DNA of 64,000 bases from a virus. Its lineage: Duplodnaviria > Caudoviricetes. Within the stretch, counting starts at the first letter, position 1; each line of letters begins with the position of its first letter. A model generated the notes under the pieces. That model was given only the letters and a program-made list of their open reading frames with translations, was not told the origin of the DNA and did not search any database. The stretch covers positions 1-64,000 of IMG/VR virus record IMGVR_UViG_3300013426_000025; one strand, 5' to 3'. Position numbers and translations under genes: made by a program. Of the stretch, positions 52,606-62,984 are shown piece by piece.

Positions 52606-55600
52606 TTAATATAATATTATATTGGCTGTTGTTATATTATTTATGTTACTATTTATACTTCCTATAAAATCATCAGAAAAAGTATTATCTGATGTATTAG
52701 GTAAATATATTTTACAAGCAGCATCTGGCTCAAATAAATGACACCCTAATTCAGCACCTGTACAGTTAGTAACTTTAAATAATAATACTTTAGTGATAAT
52801 ACTAAAGAATACATACGAATTATCATAAGGAGCAAATGTATCAACAATATTTCCAACACCAAGTGCTGTTTTTACTTTAGTGGCAAAAGCCCCTTCTTTT
52901 AATATATAATTACTATCTGAAAATTGAACGTCTGTATACCAAATACCAGAACTTGATAATTTAGATGTTATAGTACAAGAACTATCGCTTATGTTATTTT
53001 TTTGTAAATTTAAATCGCTCTGGTTATTATTACCTACAAGTCTTATGCAGTTATCTGGAGTGTTTTTAAGTAAATCCACTAATTGTTGCTCTGTAATTTT
53101 ATTGACATCCTGCACTTGTGCAAGAATAGGAAGTTCTTTTATTGTTATTTGGTTTGTTAACACATCCATAGTAACAATTGTAGAAAACCCTTTCTTAAAT
53201 GTATATAGAGAGTTATCCTTACTATATATTGAATTATTATAATAGACTACATTTGTAGCATCACTCCAAATATTCAGACTTATGACAGCAGTAGACGTAT
53301 CTGCTAAGTTCACTATTAAAGTGAATGTACCAGCAGTTTTATAGGCTGCATTAGGATTTATGTAAATAAAACTACTTGTATCACTTAATTTTGTGCCGTT
53401 TATAGTATATACAACACTGTTATTTGGTTTTGGTACAATTGTAATATCTGGTGAAGAAATAGAAACAACATTGTCAGGGTCACTATTATTTTTTACAACC
53501 ATATAATTATTTGACGTAACAGCTTCTACAGAAAGATTTATAACAGACGCAGTTGTGACATTAGCAATTTTTGAATTAATGTTATCAATTTTAACTCCTA
53601 AATCGGTAACTTTACTATCTACCTGTGTTGAAGTATAATAACTGTTTAAAGTAGTAGTAGTAACCAAATTCTTACTTGTAACAATATCATTTATTTTAGT
53701 ATTTAAAGTAGTTTCATCTATTGTTGCTTCAATAATTTGATTATCTACATAATCCTTACTAGCTAATGTATATTCATCCATGCTATTAAGTAGAGCATCT
53801 CCTGATATTTTACCATCTCCATCAACATAGCAAAATACTGTATCAGAAGTTATGAAATTATTATCACAATCAGTCTTTGTATAATAATTACTTAAATCTA
53901 CAGAGGTACTGCCAGTATTTAAGTTTTTAAGTTTATTATCAATATCTGTTTTGGTATAGAAGTTAGTACCAAAGTCTGTGAGACTACTGTTGGTAACATA
54001 AGTGTTTTGAGCCGCTGTTTTAGTTAAATAGTTAGTTAATGCACTATTAGTAACATATCCTTTGCTGTCTAAAATATTACTAAGTGCAGTTGTAGTAACA
54101 TATCCTGAAAGATAACTGCTCATTGCTGTATTTGTTACGTAGCTTTTTAATGTATCAGTCAGTGAGGTTTTACTTGTATAATTATCAAGAGATGTTTTTG
54201 TAGCATAAGTATTAGCAGCATCAGTTTTCTTCAAATATAAGTTGATAGCACTTAATGTGTTCAAGGGTACAAGTTGTTTATCAGTATCATGTGCAATCAT
54301 TTGAATACTACATGTTTGGAGGAAAGTATCAATTGTAATAACAGCTGTAACTTCCTCATCAACAGCAACGCCTCTAGAAACATTATAAGGAGCATTAACA
54401 ACGTTGTCTATTAAAGTACCAAGTTCAGAGTTCATTTTATTAGTAAATGAAAACGTATACCCCTCAGCCTTACGGGTACCTTTAATAACTAAAACACACT
54501 TAGTAGAACCTCTATATTGTTCTTCTTTTGGTGCATTAATATTTATATTAAATGGTCTTCCTGCTTCCGAATTTGCTTCTGTACCATCTATAATAAACAT
54601 AAAGCCTGGTCTAGGTGTAAAATCAAATTCAGTACCTTCTTCTGAATCACCACTTAACCAATTAGGAATTTCTATAGCCACATCTCCTTTAATATCGAAT
54701 GTAATAGTTTTCTTAATATATTCAGGAAAAGCAATTACATTATTTATTGCTTTATTATCACAAATTATAGTATTTTCATCAGTACTAATACTTAAAAAAT
54801 TAACTAATTCGTTTGTTCCATTTGAATTTCCTTGATATATTTTTAATTTAAATTGTTCTGAAAAACTACTATTAACATAATTCTTACTTGCGTATGTACT
54901 TTCTGCCTCTGTTTTCTTCAAATACCCATCTAAATCAACACTGCCCCCAGTAGAAATATTTGCTAATTTAGTATCTATTTCTGATTTGTTGTAGAAGTTA
55001 CTTAAAGCTCTTATATCTACCAATACATAATCTGACAAACCGTTAAAATCACAGTCTTTATGGTCATCTGCAATACCAGTATCGTTTATAAGGAACTCCC
55101 AATCAGTTGTAACATAATTAACTAATATATCACCAATATTATCTTCTGTTAGCCACCCCCCATCTGCATTAATGGGCATATACTTATTATCACTCTCTGT
55201 CTTATTATAGAAATTAGGAAGAGTAGTTACTGACTTTTCTACTAATACAACATCATGGTTACCTTGACCTATCGAGCCATCATTGGTAATCTTGTTAGTT
55301 ATTGTTGAAAATGGTATTTTAGCATCACCCTTACTACCAGCAATATAAAAAAAGTCCTGTTTTACTAGTGCCTGCTGCTGAACAAATGGTATCATTTGTT
55401 CTACTTGCCACCTTTGTATATCAGCCATTGCAGATTGATTATTTGTTACTGTAGAACTTAACTCACTAAATTGAGTATTAGTTACATAATTACTGAGGCT
55501 ATTGTCTATAAGGGTTTGTACATCTTGTTCTGTCATAGTTTCTCCTCCTGGATTTGGGTTAGGGTTATAATTTTTTAATAATTTATCAATTTCACTTTTA

Positions 55601-55863
55601 GTGTAATAATTTTTGAATAAGTCTTTTACCTCATCGTTTGTTGGGTAATTATTTAATTCTTCTTTTTTTACAAAAGTATCATCTGCCTCATCTTTAGTAT
55701 AATGGGTAGCATCCTTTGCATCTACTTCTTGTTTAGTGTAGTAATTATCTATAAGATAATCTCTTACACTTCTAAGTTCTTCCAGTGCTCCTTGCAGCAT
55801 ACTGTTAATACTTCTATTAAATATAGAAGTAGCAGTACACCACATACCTTTTTTCTGTATCAT
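52606..55863 (-). CDS. Tail fibre-like protein
   Basis: 1085 aa, Thr/Ser/Asn-rich, with many (N/S)YYTK.E.D and Y(V/L)T/K shaft repeats; adjacent to the tail hub genes. Confidence 0.65.
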   Translation of the reverse strand: MIQKKGMWCTATSIFNRSINSMLQGALEELRSVRDYLIDNYYTKQEVDAKDATHYTKDEADDTFVKKEELNNYPTNDEVKDLFKNYYTKSEIDKLLKNYNPNPNPGGETMTEQDVQTLIDNSLSNYVTNTQFSELSSTVTNNQSAMADIQRWQVEQMIPFVQQQALVKQDFFYIAGSKGDAKIPFSTITNKITNDGSIGQGNHDVVLVEKSVTTLPNFYNKTESDNKYMPINADGGWLTEDNIGDILVNYVTTDWEFLINDTGIADDHKDCDFNGLSDYVLVDIRALSNFYNKSEIDTKLANISTGGSVDLDGYLKKTEAESTYASKNYVNSSFSEQFKLKIYQGNSNGTNELVNFLSISTDENTIICDNKAINNVIAFPEYIKKTITFDIKGDVAIEIPNWLSGDSEEGTEFDFTPRPGFMFIIDGTEANSEAGRPFNININAPKEEQYRGSTKCVLVIKGTRKAEGYTFSFTNKMNSELGTLIDNVVNAPYNVSRGVAVDEEVTAVITIDTFLQTCSIQMIAHDTDKQLVPLNTLSAINLYLKKTDAANTYATKTSLDNYTSKTSLTDTLKSYVTNTAMSSYLSGYVTTTALSNILDSKGYVTNSALTNYLTKTAAQNTYVTNSSLTDFGTNFYTKTDIDNKLKNLNTGSTSVDLSNYYTKTDCDNNFITSDTVFCYVDGDGKISGDALLNSMDEYTLASKDYVDNQIIEATIDETTLNTKINDIVTSKNLVTTTTLNSYYTSTQVDSKVTDLGVKIDNINSKIANVTTASVINLSVEAVTSNNYMVVKNNSDPDNVVSISSPDITIVPKPNNSVVYTINGTKLSDTSSFIYINPNAAYKTAGTFTLIVNLADTSTAVISLNIWSDATNVVYYNNSIYSKDNSLYTFKKGFSTIVTMDVLTNQITIKELPILAQVQDVNKITEQQLVDLLKNTPDNCIRLVGNNNQSDLNLQKNNISDSSCTITSKLSSSGIWYTDVQFSDSNYILKEGAFATKVKTALGVGNIVDTFAPYDNSYVFFSIITKVLLFKVTNCTGAELGCHLFEPDAACKIYLPNTSDNTFSDDFIGSINSNINNITTANIILY

Positions 55864-55866
55864 ATA

Positions 55867-56088
55867 TTATATATTTTGAGTATTTAAACAGTTATTAAAG
55901 CATTTAATATATTTATCCAAATAAATAAGGTCATCATCTTCCAAATAAGCAAGCACATCTTCATTATTAGATACTTCATTTATAAAATCAAGTACAATAA
56001 GAAGATTAAGTAAGCCTTTATTTATATGACCTCCTTCTTCTAATGCTTTAAAATAGTTCTCATACATAGTTAAAATAACATCATCCAT
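55867..56088 (-). CDS. Tail hub protein B-like
   Basis: YFKALE..G....LL..L.FI pattern; synteny with crAss tail hub genes. Confidence 0.5.
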   Translation of the reverse strand: MDDVILTMYENYFKALEEGGHINKGLLNLLIVLDFINEVSNNEDVLAYLEDDDLIYLDKYIKCFNNCLNTQNI

Positions 56089-56761
56089 TGCAATTACATT
56101 TACCTGTTAGTGTGTAAGAAACACTTGTACCTGGCTGACTATCTTGGTAGAACTTATTAAACAAATTCTTTGCTAATGTCCAATCTTGTACAGTAAGTGC
56201 AGCATTAAACATTCTATATTCTATTACTTTTTGTAATAATGCGTCAGGTACTTTATTACAAGATACACAATCATCACCTAAATATCTACCATACCTTACA
56301 ATATCAGCCATCATTTTCTCTTTATCATATACTGCAAAAGTAAGAGTAGAATCAGAACAATCCGCTTGATATTTTGCTTCTGTCAGTGGGTCTAACTTAA
56401 GAGTAATGAAAATAATATCATTGCTGTCAAGTTCTATACCATTCAAATAAGAACTGTCAAAACCATTCGTCCAACTAAAATTTGTTTTAAGTTGGTAAGT
56501 AATCATTTTATCATTTTCATACAATTTATTAAAGGCAATGTCAATCCAGTCTGCATAATCACTTTCTCCAATAGCAACAGAATAATCTATTATATCATAT
56601 AAAGAATCTGTTATTTGAGGATTGGTGCTTAAATTTTTTCCATGCGCAATACATATACTTTGAAAATACGAATTTTTTGGTATAGTCACTGTAAAAGTTA
56701 CAATTGGTTTATTATTTTCATTAGGTACAAATGATATATTATTAAGTGTTATTAAATTCAT
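56081..56761 (-). CDS. Tail hub protein A-like
   Basis: C..C..VP and C-terminal CNCNG; follows the auxiliary capsid gene. Confidence 0.55.
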   Translation of the reverse strand: MNLITLNNISFVPNENNKPIVTFTVTIPKNSYFQSICIAHGKNLSTNPQITDSLYDIIDYSVAIGESDYADWIDIAFNKLYENDKMITYQLKTNFSWTNGFDSSYLNGIELDSNDIIFITLKLDPLTEAKYQADCSDSTLTFAVYDKEKMMADIVRYGRYLGDDCVSCNKVPDALLQKVIEYRMFNAALTVQDWTLAKNLFNKFYQDSQPGTSVSYTLTGKCNCNG

Positions 56762-56771
56762 AACATTTAAA

Positions 56772-56810
56772 AAATAAAAGGGAGAACACTATAAAAGTAA
56801 TGCTCTCCCT
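56772..56810 (-). terminator. Intrinsic terminator after the auxiliary capsid gene
   Basis: AGGGAGA/TCTCCCT stem followed by TTTTATTTTT on -. Confidence 0.7.
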
Positions 56811-56826
56811 ATAATTAGTAATCTAA

Positions 56827-57810
56827 TTAAACTGTAGGTTTATCAACAGTAAGGCCAGCACCCTCAAGTGCAGTGACAATACTTGCAGTTACACCTGTTG
56901 CAGTAGTAGGAATTGCAATCAAGATGTCTTTCTCAGACTGCTTGTAATCTACACCTCTACCAAGATAGTTATGATGAATTTCAATAACATCATAAGATGC
57001 TTCCTCATCAATCATATACTTAGTAGGAATTACATTAGGATAACCCATCATTCTCAGTCTGTCACCTCTTTCACCCATGCAGAAGTACTCAGTATCAGCA
57101 AGGTCATAGCCATTACCTACTACAGTAGCAGTATCTTGAAGAACTACTTCCTCAATAGCAGGAACCTCATCATTATTATACATGATGTCATCTGCATAAA
57201 CTTTAAAGTAAACAGGTTTCATAGGAGTAAGACCTCTTACCCAATCTTGCTTCAATTCAGTAAGTTTAACACCAGTATAAGTACCAGTAAAGTCATCTAC
57301 CTTCTTGTCAGCAGTAACCTCAGTATTAGCAGAAGCACCTACCAACTCAATCTTGAAGAACTTATTAATCTCTCTAGAGAAATTCTTAGCAAGACTTACT
57401 GCAAGAGTAGCATAGAACTTACTCTCAGTCATACCAATAGTAGCAGCAACTACACCATACTTAGTGTAAATACTCTCATCCGAAATGTCAATATACTGAC
57501 TAATTGCTACTCTGATAATATAGTTCTGACCAGGTACAGGAACTACTTTACCACCCTCTTTAATGTTCTGATTCAACTTAATAGTTGCAGACTTCAAAGG
57601 TCTGTTCATCATTGCTGCTGTATATTTTGCAGCCTTTACACCATTAGCAGGGATGATATAATCACTTGTAATAGGACCAGCAGGACCTTGATACAAAAGC
57701 CATACTCTATCACCATTACTTTTTACTTCAATGTTACCAAGAGTGGTAGCATCTGCTGTGTTTGTTTTAGCCACATACATGTGTCTAACTTGGTTTGTTT
57801 GTACACCCAT
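56827..57810 (-). CDS. Auxiliary capsid protein (crAss fold)
   Basis: NQVRHMYVA, EYFCMGERGD.R..GYP, YDVIEIH, SEKDI motifs; codon bias like the MCP. Confidence 0.75.
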   Translation of the reverse strand: MGVQTNQVRHMYVAKTNTADATTLGNIEVKSNGDRVWLLYQGPAGPITSDYIIPANGVKAAKYTAAMMNRPLKSATIKLNQNIKEGGKVVPVPGQNYIIRVAISQYIDISDESIYTKYGVVAATIGMTESKFYATLAVSLAKNFSREINKFFKIELVGASANTEVTADKKVDDFTGTYTGVKLTELKQDWVRGLTPMKPVYFKVYADDIMYNNDEVPAIEEVVLQDTATVVGNGYDLADTEYFCMGERGDRLRMMGYPNVIPTKYMIDEEASYDVIEIHHNYLGRGVDYKQSEKDILIAIPTTATGVTASIVTALEGAGLTVDKPTV

Positions 57811-57827
57811 TTTTCAAAAAAATTAAA

Positions 57828-58550
57828 TTAAACATTAGATTGTCCTGCTTTCTTAGGCATCTTACTTTGTATAGCAAGATTTACTGCTCTTTCTAATATT
57901 GTTCTATGCAGTATAGGACTAACTTTACATTCTGTCTTTTTATTTATATTATCTATAGATAAACCAGTTGGTAAATCTGTTAGAATAATTGGAGTTGGTT
58001 TAGATAGGTATCTTACTAAGTATCTACCTATATTGTATTTAGAAATTAACTCTACTGCATCAGTACCTACATCAAGTCTGAGTACTCTCCTATTACTTGC
58101 TCCTTGAAAAGGATTTTTAGCAATTCTATAATATTCATCTTGTGTTACAGGAACAACAGGAATATCTTCCCCATTAAAACACATATCTTTATCATCTATA
58201 GTAACAGATTCATAAGTAATGAAAAGTAAGTCAGATGGAAGTTTATAGAAACTTGAGTTCTTAGATAATCCTATATAAGAACTTGAATTAAGTTTAGTAT
58301 TTACAGTATATGTTTTAACAAGACCGCTTAAATATCTTCTCAGTTCTTCTGACTTTTCAAAGGATTCTCCAGAAAGTCTTCCTGTATACAAACTTATTAA
58401 GATTGCTTCTTGAGCATTAGAGAGGAATACTGATTTTTCGTATTCATCCAATTCTATAGTAGTAGTGGTGGTAGTAGTACCAAAATCAAATTGTTTTGAA
58501 TAACTATCTAATAGAGAATCAAACTCATTGGAAAATTCTTCTGTTGTCAT
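57828..58550 (-). CDS. Tail ring protein (paralog 2)
   Basis: MTTEEFSNEFD, LDEYEKSVFL..AQ, P.PIILTDL, LH..ILERAV. Confidence 0.75.
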   Translation of the reverse strand: MTTEEFSNEFDSLLDSYSKQFDFGTTTTTTTIELDEYEKSVFLSNAQEAILISLYTGRLSGESFEKSEELRRYLSGLVKTYTVNTKLNSSSYIGLSKNSSFYKLPSDLLFITYESVTIDDKDMCFNGEDIPVVPVTQDEYYRIAKNPFQGASNRRVLRLDVGTDAVELISKYNIGRYLVRYLSKPTPIILTDLPTGLSIDNINKKTECKVSPILHRTILERAVNLAIQSKMPKKAGQSNV

Positions 58551-58561
58551 AATAAATTATC

Positions 58562-59332
58562 TTATTCTGCTCTGGTTCCTAATTGTGTAACAGATGCTAC
58601 ATCTCCTTGATATGCAATTTTAGCAAGTTCTACTGCTCTTTGAAGAATATCAGCGTGAACTTCTTCTGTAAGTTCACATCCTGTTTCTATACTTGTATTA
58701 TGAATCGATAATCCTGTAGGCAAATCAGTAAGAACAATAGGCCGAGGATATTTTACATATCTGATTTCATAGCCTCTCGCTCCTTCAGCAAACGTATTTG
58801 GTCCAGTTTGAGCCTTAATAAAGTTATCATTGTTACCAACAATGATTTGCGCAATTCCAGGAGAAGAAATTAATCTCCACGCTTGGTTCTTAAGAGGAAA
58901 CTTATAAGGTTTTGAAATAAGTCTGTTATATTCAGTATAAGTAATAGGAACTACACTAAGTCTTATTGTGTTTCCTCCCCTATTAACAATCATGTATTCG
59001 TTTAAAATTGCTATAGTATCTTTAGGAAATTCATAAAATTTAGAATCACCTTCTGTAATATTATTACCTAATCTAGTATTTTGATTACTTGCTAGATTAG
59101 GAATACTTGTAACAATCAAATTTGAAAAATCAATTTGTCTTTTTGCAGTATCATCAAAACCTTTCTTAATAGTATTACCTGTACTCTCAGCAGTAAAATA
59201 GTTCTTTACAATTTCATTCTGTGCTTTTGTAAGAAATACTGATTTCTCATATTCATCTAAACCAGGAGCCTGATTACTACTGATGTTATTATAGAGAACA
59301 TCAAACTCATTAGAGAACTCACTAGTTGTCAT
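58562..59332 (-). CDS. Tail ring protein (paralog 1)
   Basis: MTTSEFSNEFD, SNQAPGLDEYEKSVFLTKAQ, P.PIVLTDL, H..ILQRAVE. Confidence 0.75.
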   Translation of the reverse strand: MTTSEFSNEFDVLYNNISSNQAPGLDEYEKSVFLTKAQNEIVKNYFTAESTGNTIKKGFDDTAKRQIDFSNLIVTSIPNLASNQNTRLGNNITEGDSKFYEFPKDTIAILNEYMIVNRGGNTIRLSVVPITYTEYNRLISKPYKFPLKNQAWRLISSPGIAQIIVGNNDNFIKAQTGPNTFAEGARGYEIRYVKYPRPIVLTDLPTGLSIHNTSIETGCELTEEVHADILQRAVELAKIAYQGDVASVTQLGTRAE

Positions 59333-59338
59333 AGTATT

Positions 59339-60214
59339 TTATTTTTTCAGTTGAGCCTCAAGAGCAAATTTCATCTCTTGATTTTTAGGATTAAGCAAGA
59401 ACTTGATTGCATTATCCATTGTTGGGTCTTCACCTTCTCTACACATTGGTACTTTAGTCTTATCATTCTTATAATAATAGAAATCACCATTCTTAACAAC
59501 AAGACCATTACCAACAGATTTTTGCAACAAAATCATAATAGGCAATTTATCATTATTGATAATATCATATACCTTTTGTGCATCTTCCTCAATCTTCTTA
59601 TCAATCTCATTCTGAATAAACTCAATACTTGCATCATCAGATACTGCCCTACCATCAAGCATCTCCAATACTGTCTTAAGCATTGCAAAATCATCAGAGT
59701 TCTTACCTGCCCATTTAATACACTCAACTTTAATGTTTCTTTTCTTAGTCGCTCTTTTAAGTTCTGCTTGGTCTGATGTGATTACATAAAGATACGTAGC
59801 CAAAGGTCTCTCATCATAATCCTCTTGTGAAGGACAAATAAGGTTCTTATTAGCAAGCAAAACTTTATATTTAATATAATCATCAGGGTCAGTGAGGTGC
59901 AATACATTGTCTCCTTTGGACAGTTCTACCTTATAGTTATCCCAAAAGTTTACACCATTCTTTCTATAAGCACCCATATCTACATCATAGATACTTTCAA
60001 AATATGCTTTTTCTTCATTTGTAAGCACATTAACATAAGTACCTGTAGATTCCAAAATAGGTACAGTAAAAGTCTTTTTAGCACCCTCAGCCATACCACC
60101 ATACAATACATGATGGGGTTCCATAATAGAGCCTGGCTTTACTATAAATCTGATGATTAAAGTTTCATTTCTCAAGGGATTTACAATCCCATTTTCTTGT
60201 TCTCTTTCTTTCAT
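59339..60214 (-). CDS. Conserved crAss protein downstream of the MCP
   Basis: LYGGMAE, FW, L.L.DP.DYIKYK.LLAN motifs; conserved position. Confidence 0.65.
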   Translation of the reverse strand: MKEREQENGIVNPLRNETLIIRFIVKPGSIMEPHHVLYGGMAEGAKKTFTVPILESTGTYVNVLTNEEKAYFESIYDVDMGAYRKNGVNFWDNYKVELSKGDNVLHLTDPDDYIKYKVLLANKNLICPSQEDYDERPLATYLYVITSDQAELKRATKKRNIKVECIKWAGKNSDDFAMLKTVLEMLDGRAVSDDASIEFIQNEIDKKIEEDAQKVYDIINNDKLPIMILLQKSVGNGLVVKNGDFYYYKNDKTKVPMCREGEDPTMDNAIKFLLNPKNQEMKFALEAQLKK

Positions 60215-60227
60215 TTTATCTTCTCCT

Positions 60228-60271
60228 AAAAAGTGAGCATAAGGAGAGCCATTTATACTCTCCTTATACCC
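60228..60271 (-). terminator. Hairpin/terminator after the major capsid gene
   Basis: ATAAGGAGAG/CTCTCCTTAT stem, extendable by G.U pairs, followed by ACTTTTT on -. Confidence 0.7.
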
Positions 60272-60287
60272 TATGTTATTAAATTAA

Positions 60288-61805
60288 TTAACCTTGCAAT
60301 ACAGCAGGAATCAATGATACAGTTCTAGTTGGGTCAAGAACACAAGCACCCAAACTTGTCATAATATGTACTGTAGCACTATCCTCAGCATGGCTCATAT
60401 TAGGATTACCATACTCACCTGTATAAGGATTGTAAAGACCCCACTCATAACCTCTTGCCTCGGGTTTATTCTTTACAGTACACTTGAAGATATTAGCCTC
60501 TCTAGAGGTACCCATATCAAAGATGTCAAATCTGCTAGACATTGCAGGCTTACCTTGCAACATAATCTTATTTCTAACATTGTCATCATAAGATGGGTCA
60601 ACATCCAACTTAACATTAATTCCATTAGGAGCAATCCACTCTGTAAACTGATAACCAGCCTTCAAAGCATTAGGATGCAACTTAGATGTAGTCTTAGAAA
60701 CTGCACCAAGAGCAGCAGCATCCAACTCCATATTAAACCAACCACTTGTCTCTTCTTTTACTGCCTTATGGAACTTAATAGCACCAACTTGGCCAGTCTT
60801 CAAAACAAAGGTTCTCTGCTCCATACCAATAACATTTGTAGTCAAATCATACAAAATGTCATCCAACAAGTCCAGAGTAAACTTATTGTAATACTGAGTA
60901 TTTGCTACTTCAATCTGTCTGTAAATACCATCACCCATTCTGATGACTTCACCACCCTTATCGTAGTTAGTGTACTCACCATTCATATTTCTGTTACTTA
61001 CACCATAAGCCAATACATTAGACTTATACTCAGACCAAGTTTTCTCAAACTCCCAGTTCTCAATATGCATCCACATAGTCTCAGTGGTCTCTTGCATCCT
61101 ACCAGATTCCATTTGTCTTACCATAGGAATACCAAATGCAATCTTCTCATTGAACATATCACCAGAGAGTTTATCTTTCAATCTGATAGTAGTAAACTCA
61201 TTTCTCATAGAAGCAGGTGCTACATGTCTCACCCCGCCCACCTCTCTTGAGAGGCCACGTGCAACAGGTGCATAGTCATAAGAAAATTTCTTACCAGGAA
61301 GCAATTGTTTGGGGTCCATACCTCCCATTACATTACCCATCAATTCTACAGTATAAGAAACTGTAGTTCCTCTATACTTAGCAGGACCCAAAATTCTCAA
61401 AGGATAAACCTCATTAAGTTCACCCATGATTACCTCACCATCAAAGAACCAATCCTCACCAAATACAACCTCAAAAGGTGCTTTACCTTTACCTACCATA
61501 GTTGTAGTAGAGGTTGTTACTTTATTACCATTCTCATCAATAGCATAGAGCAATGGAATGTTTCTTCTAGACGAGCCAATAATATCCCATGTATAATCAT
61601 GGTCATTTTCAAACTCTTTAACAGAGAATTGAGAGAGGAAAGCATCCAAAGTCTTACCTCTATTTACAGCCAAAAGTTGTACCATTATATTGGTAGCCTT
61701 TTGGGGGTGGAGTTGCATAAAATACCCCAAGTGGTTTTGTTTAGTAACCTCTGAAGCCCAGCCTTGAAAAGCTGCTGCTTGAAATTTACCTAATTTTCCA
61801 GCCAT
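60288..61805 (-). CDS. Major capsid protein (crAss-type HK97 fold)
   Basis: 505 aa; GKLGKFQ, IGSSRRNIPL, FGEDWF.DGEVI.G, MRNEFTTIR, G.G...Q, TG..G...FH, G.CVLDPTRT; strong codon bias. Confidence 0.88.
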   Translation of the reverse strand: MAGKLGKFQAAAFQGWASEVTKQNHLGYFMQLHPQKATNIMVQLLAVNRGKTLDAFLSQFSVKEFENDHDYTWDIIGSSRRNIPLLYAIDENGNKVTTSTTTMVGKGKAPFEVVFGEDWFFDGEVIMGELNEVYPLRILGPAKYRGTTVSYTVELMGNVMGGMDPKQLLPGKKFSYDYAPVARGLSREVGGVRHVAPASMRNEFTTIRLKDKLSGDMFNEKIAFGIPMVRQMESGRMQETTETMWMHIENWEFEKTWSEYKSNVLAYGVSNRNMNGEYTNYDKGGEVIRMGDGIYRQIEVANTQYYNKFTLDLLDDILYDLTTNVIGMEQRTFVLKTGQVGAIKFHKAVKEETSGWFNMELDAAALGAVSKTTSKLHPNALKAGYQFTEWIAPNGINVKLDVDPSYDDNVRNKIMLQGKPAMSSRFDIFDMGTSREANIFKCTVKNKPEARGYEWGLYNPYTGEYGNPNMSHAEDSATVHIMTSLGACVLDPTRTVSLIPAVLQG

Positions 61806-61832
61806 TTTATTTCTAATTTAAAAGTTAAAGTC

Positions 61833-62960
61833 TTAAACATCTGCAAAGTCCCATCCCTTAAAATTAGCATTTGAATCTTTTGAGAATCCCAAATCAAGTA
61901 CACCTGCACTATTTCTTTGAGTGTTTTGAATAGCAGTTTCTAATTCAGAGATAGCCTTTTTCTTTTCTTTCTTTACAGCACCCTTAAACAGACTTCCAAC
62001 TTCTTTAAATCCATTTGTCATTTGGTAAATCAGACCTATAGTTTCTTGGAACTCCAAAGGATGCTCATTAATGTATTTATTCACAGCAGTAAGGTAATTA
62101 CCATCCTTACCTCTATAAGTAGGTTTAGTTAAAGCGTCAAAAGCCTTTTGTCTTGTAACATTATCAATCTCTAATTCACCAAACAGTTTTCTTTTACTAT
62201 CAAGCATATTAGTTTTCAATGTTTCAACATTCTTTTTAGTTTCAGCCTCTGCTTCTTCTTGTGCCTTCTTCTGTGTGTCAATTTCTTTTTGATACGAGTC
62301 CTTATAATAATTCTTCAGATTCTCAAGATACTCTTTTGCATCTTCTATATCAGTACCAGCACTAAAAGATTTGGTTGCTTCTTTCTCTGCCCTTTCCCTA
62401 CTGAATCCTTTATTAGTGAACTCTAACATAATAAGATTCTTTCTTAATGCTTCTCCATTATCATCTTCAGCAATAAGTTGTTCCTCAGTAATGGAACTTA
62501 AAGAATCTATTGCGTTTTGATATTGTTGTATTACAGAAGGTTCTACACCCGCATTAAGTGCTTCATCTGCTTTTCTAATTCTATCTTCCATACTAGCAGT
62601 AATTTGTTTATTTACTGCTGCATAAAGAGTTTCAGCATCTGTAATACCATCAATTTCTTCATCAGTAAGGTCAGGAAGAGTACCATCCTCTCTCATAAGG
62701 CTGGCAATGGAAGAGTATATTTTTGGAGAAGAACCACCCTTAATATCCTTAGGTTGGTCTTCTTCCTTTCCTTCTGTATCTTGCTCTTCATTACCTACGC
62801 TCTCTGGATGTTGTTCATCCTCAGTAATTACTTCATTTTCATCTGGTTCTTGTTCCTGTGTTTCTTCAACATCAGGATTTTCAATATCAGGAGAGCCCTT
62901 AAACAAATCTGCAATGGCTTCTTGTCCTGATAATATTCCTTCAACTTGATAACTTGCCAT
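61833..62960 (-). CDS. Acidic scaffold-like protein upstream of the MCP
   Basis: Very acidic N-terminus and coiled coils; conserved position before the MCP. Confidence 0.6.
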   Translation of the reverse strand: MASYQVEGILSGQEAIADLFKGSPDIENPDVEETQEQEPDENEVITEDEQHPESVGNEEQDTEGKEEDQPKDIKGGSSPKIYSSIASLMREDGTLPDLTDEEIDGITDAETLYAAVNKQITASMEDRIRKADEALNAGVEPSVIQQYQNAIDSLSSITEEQLIAEDDNGEALRKNLIMLEFTNKGFSRERAEKEATKSFSAGTDIEDAKEYLENLKNYYKDSYQKEIDTQKKAQEEAEAETKKNVETLKTNMLDSKRKLFGELEIDNVTRQKAFDALTKPTYRGKDGNYLTAVNKYINEHPLEFQETIGLIYQMTNGFKEVGSLFKGAVKKEKKKAISELETAIQNTQRNSAGVLDLGFSKDSNANFKGWDFADV

Positions 62961-62984
62961 ATTTACTTCTCCTTAAAATTTTCA

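Noticed and set aside
56971-57831. 286-aa + strand ORF antisense to the auxiliary capsid gene
   Set aside because: Shadow ORF from the codon bias of a highly expressed gene; no motifs or promoter
60366-61754. 294-aa and 149-aa + strand ORFs antisense to the MCP
   Set aside because: Same shadow-frame artefact; implausible composition
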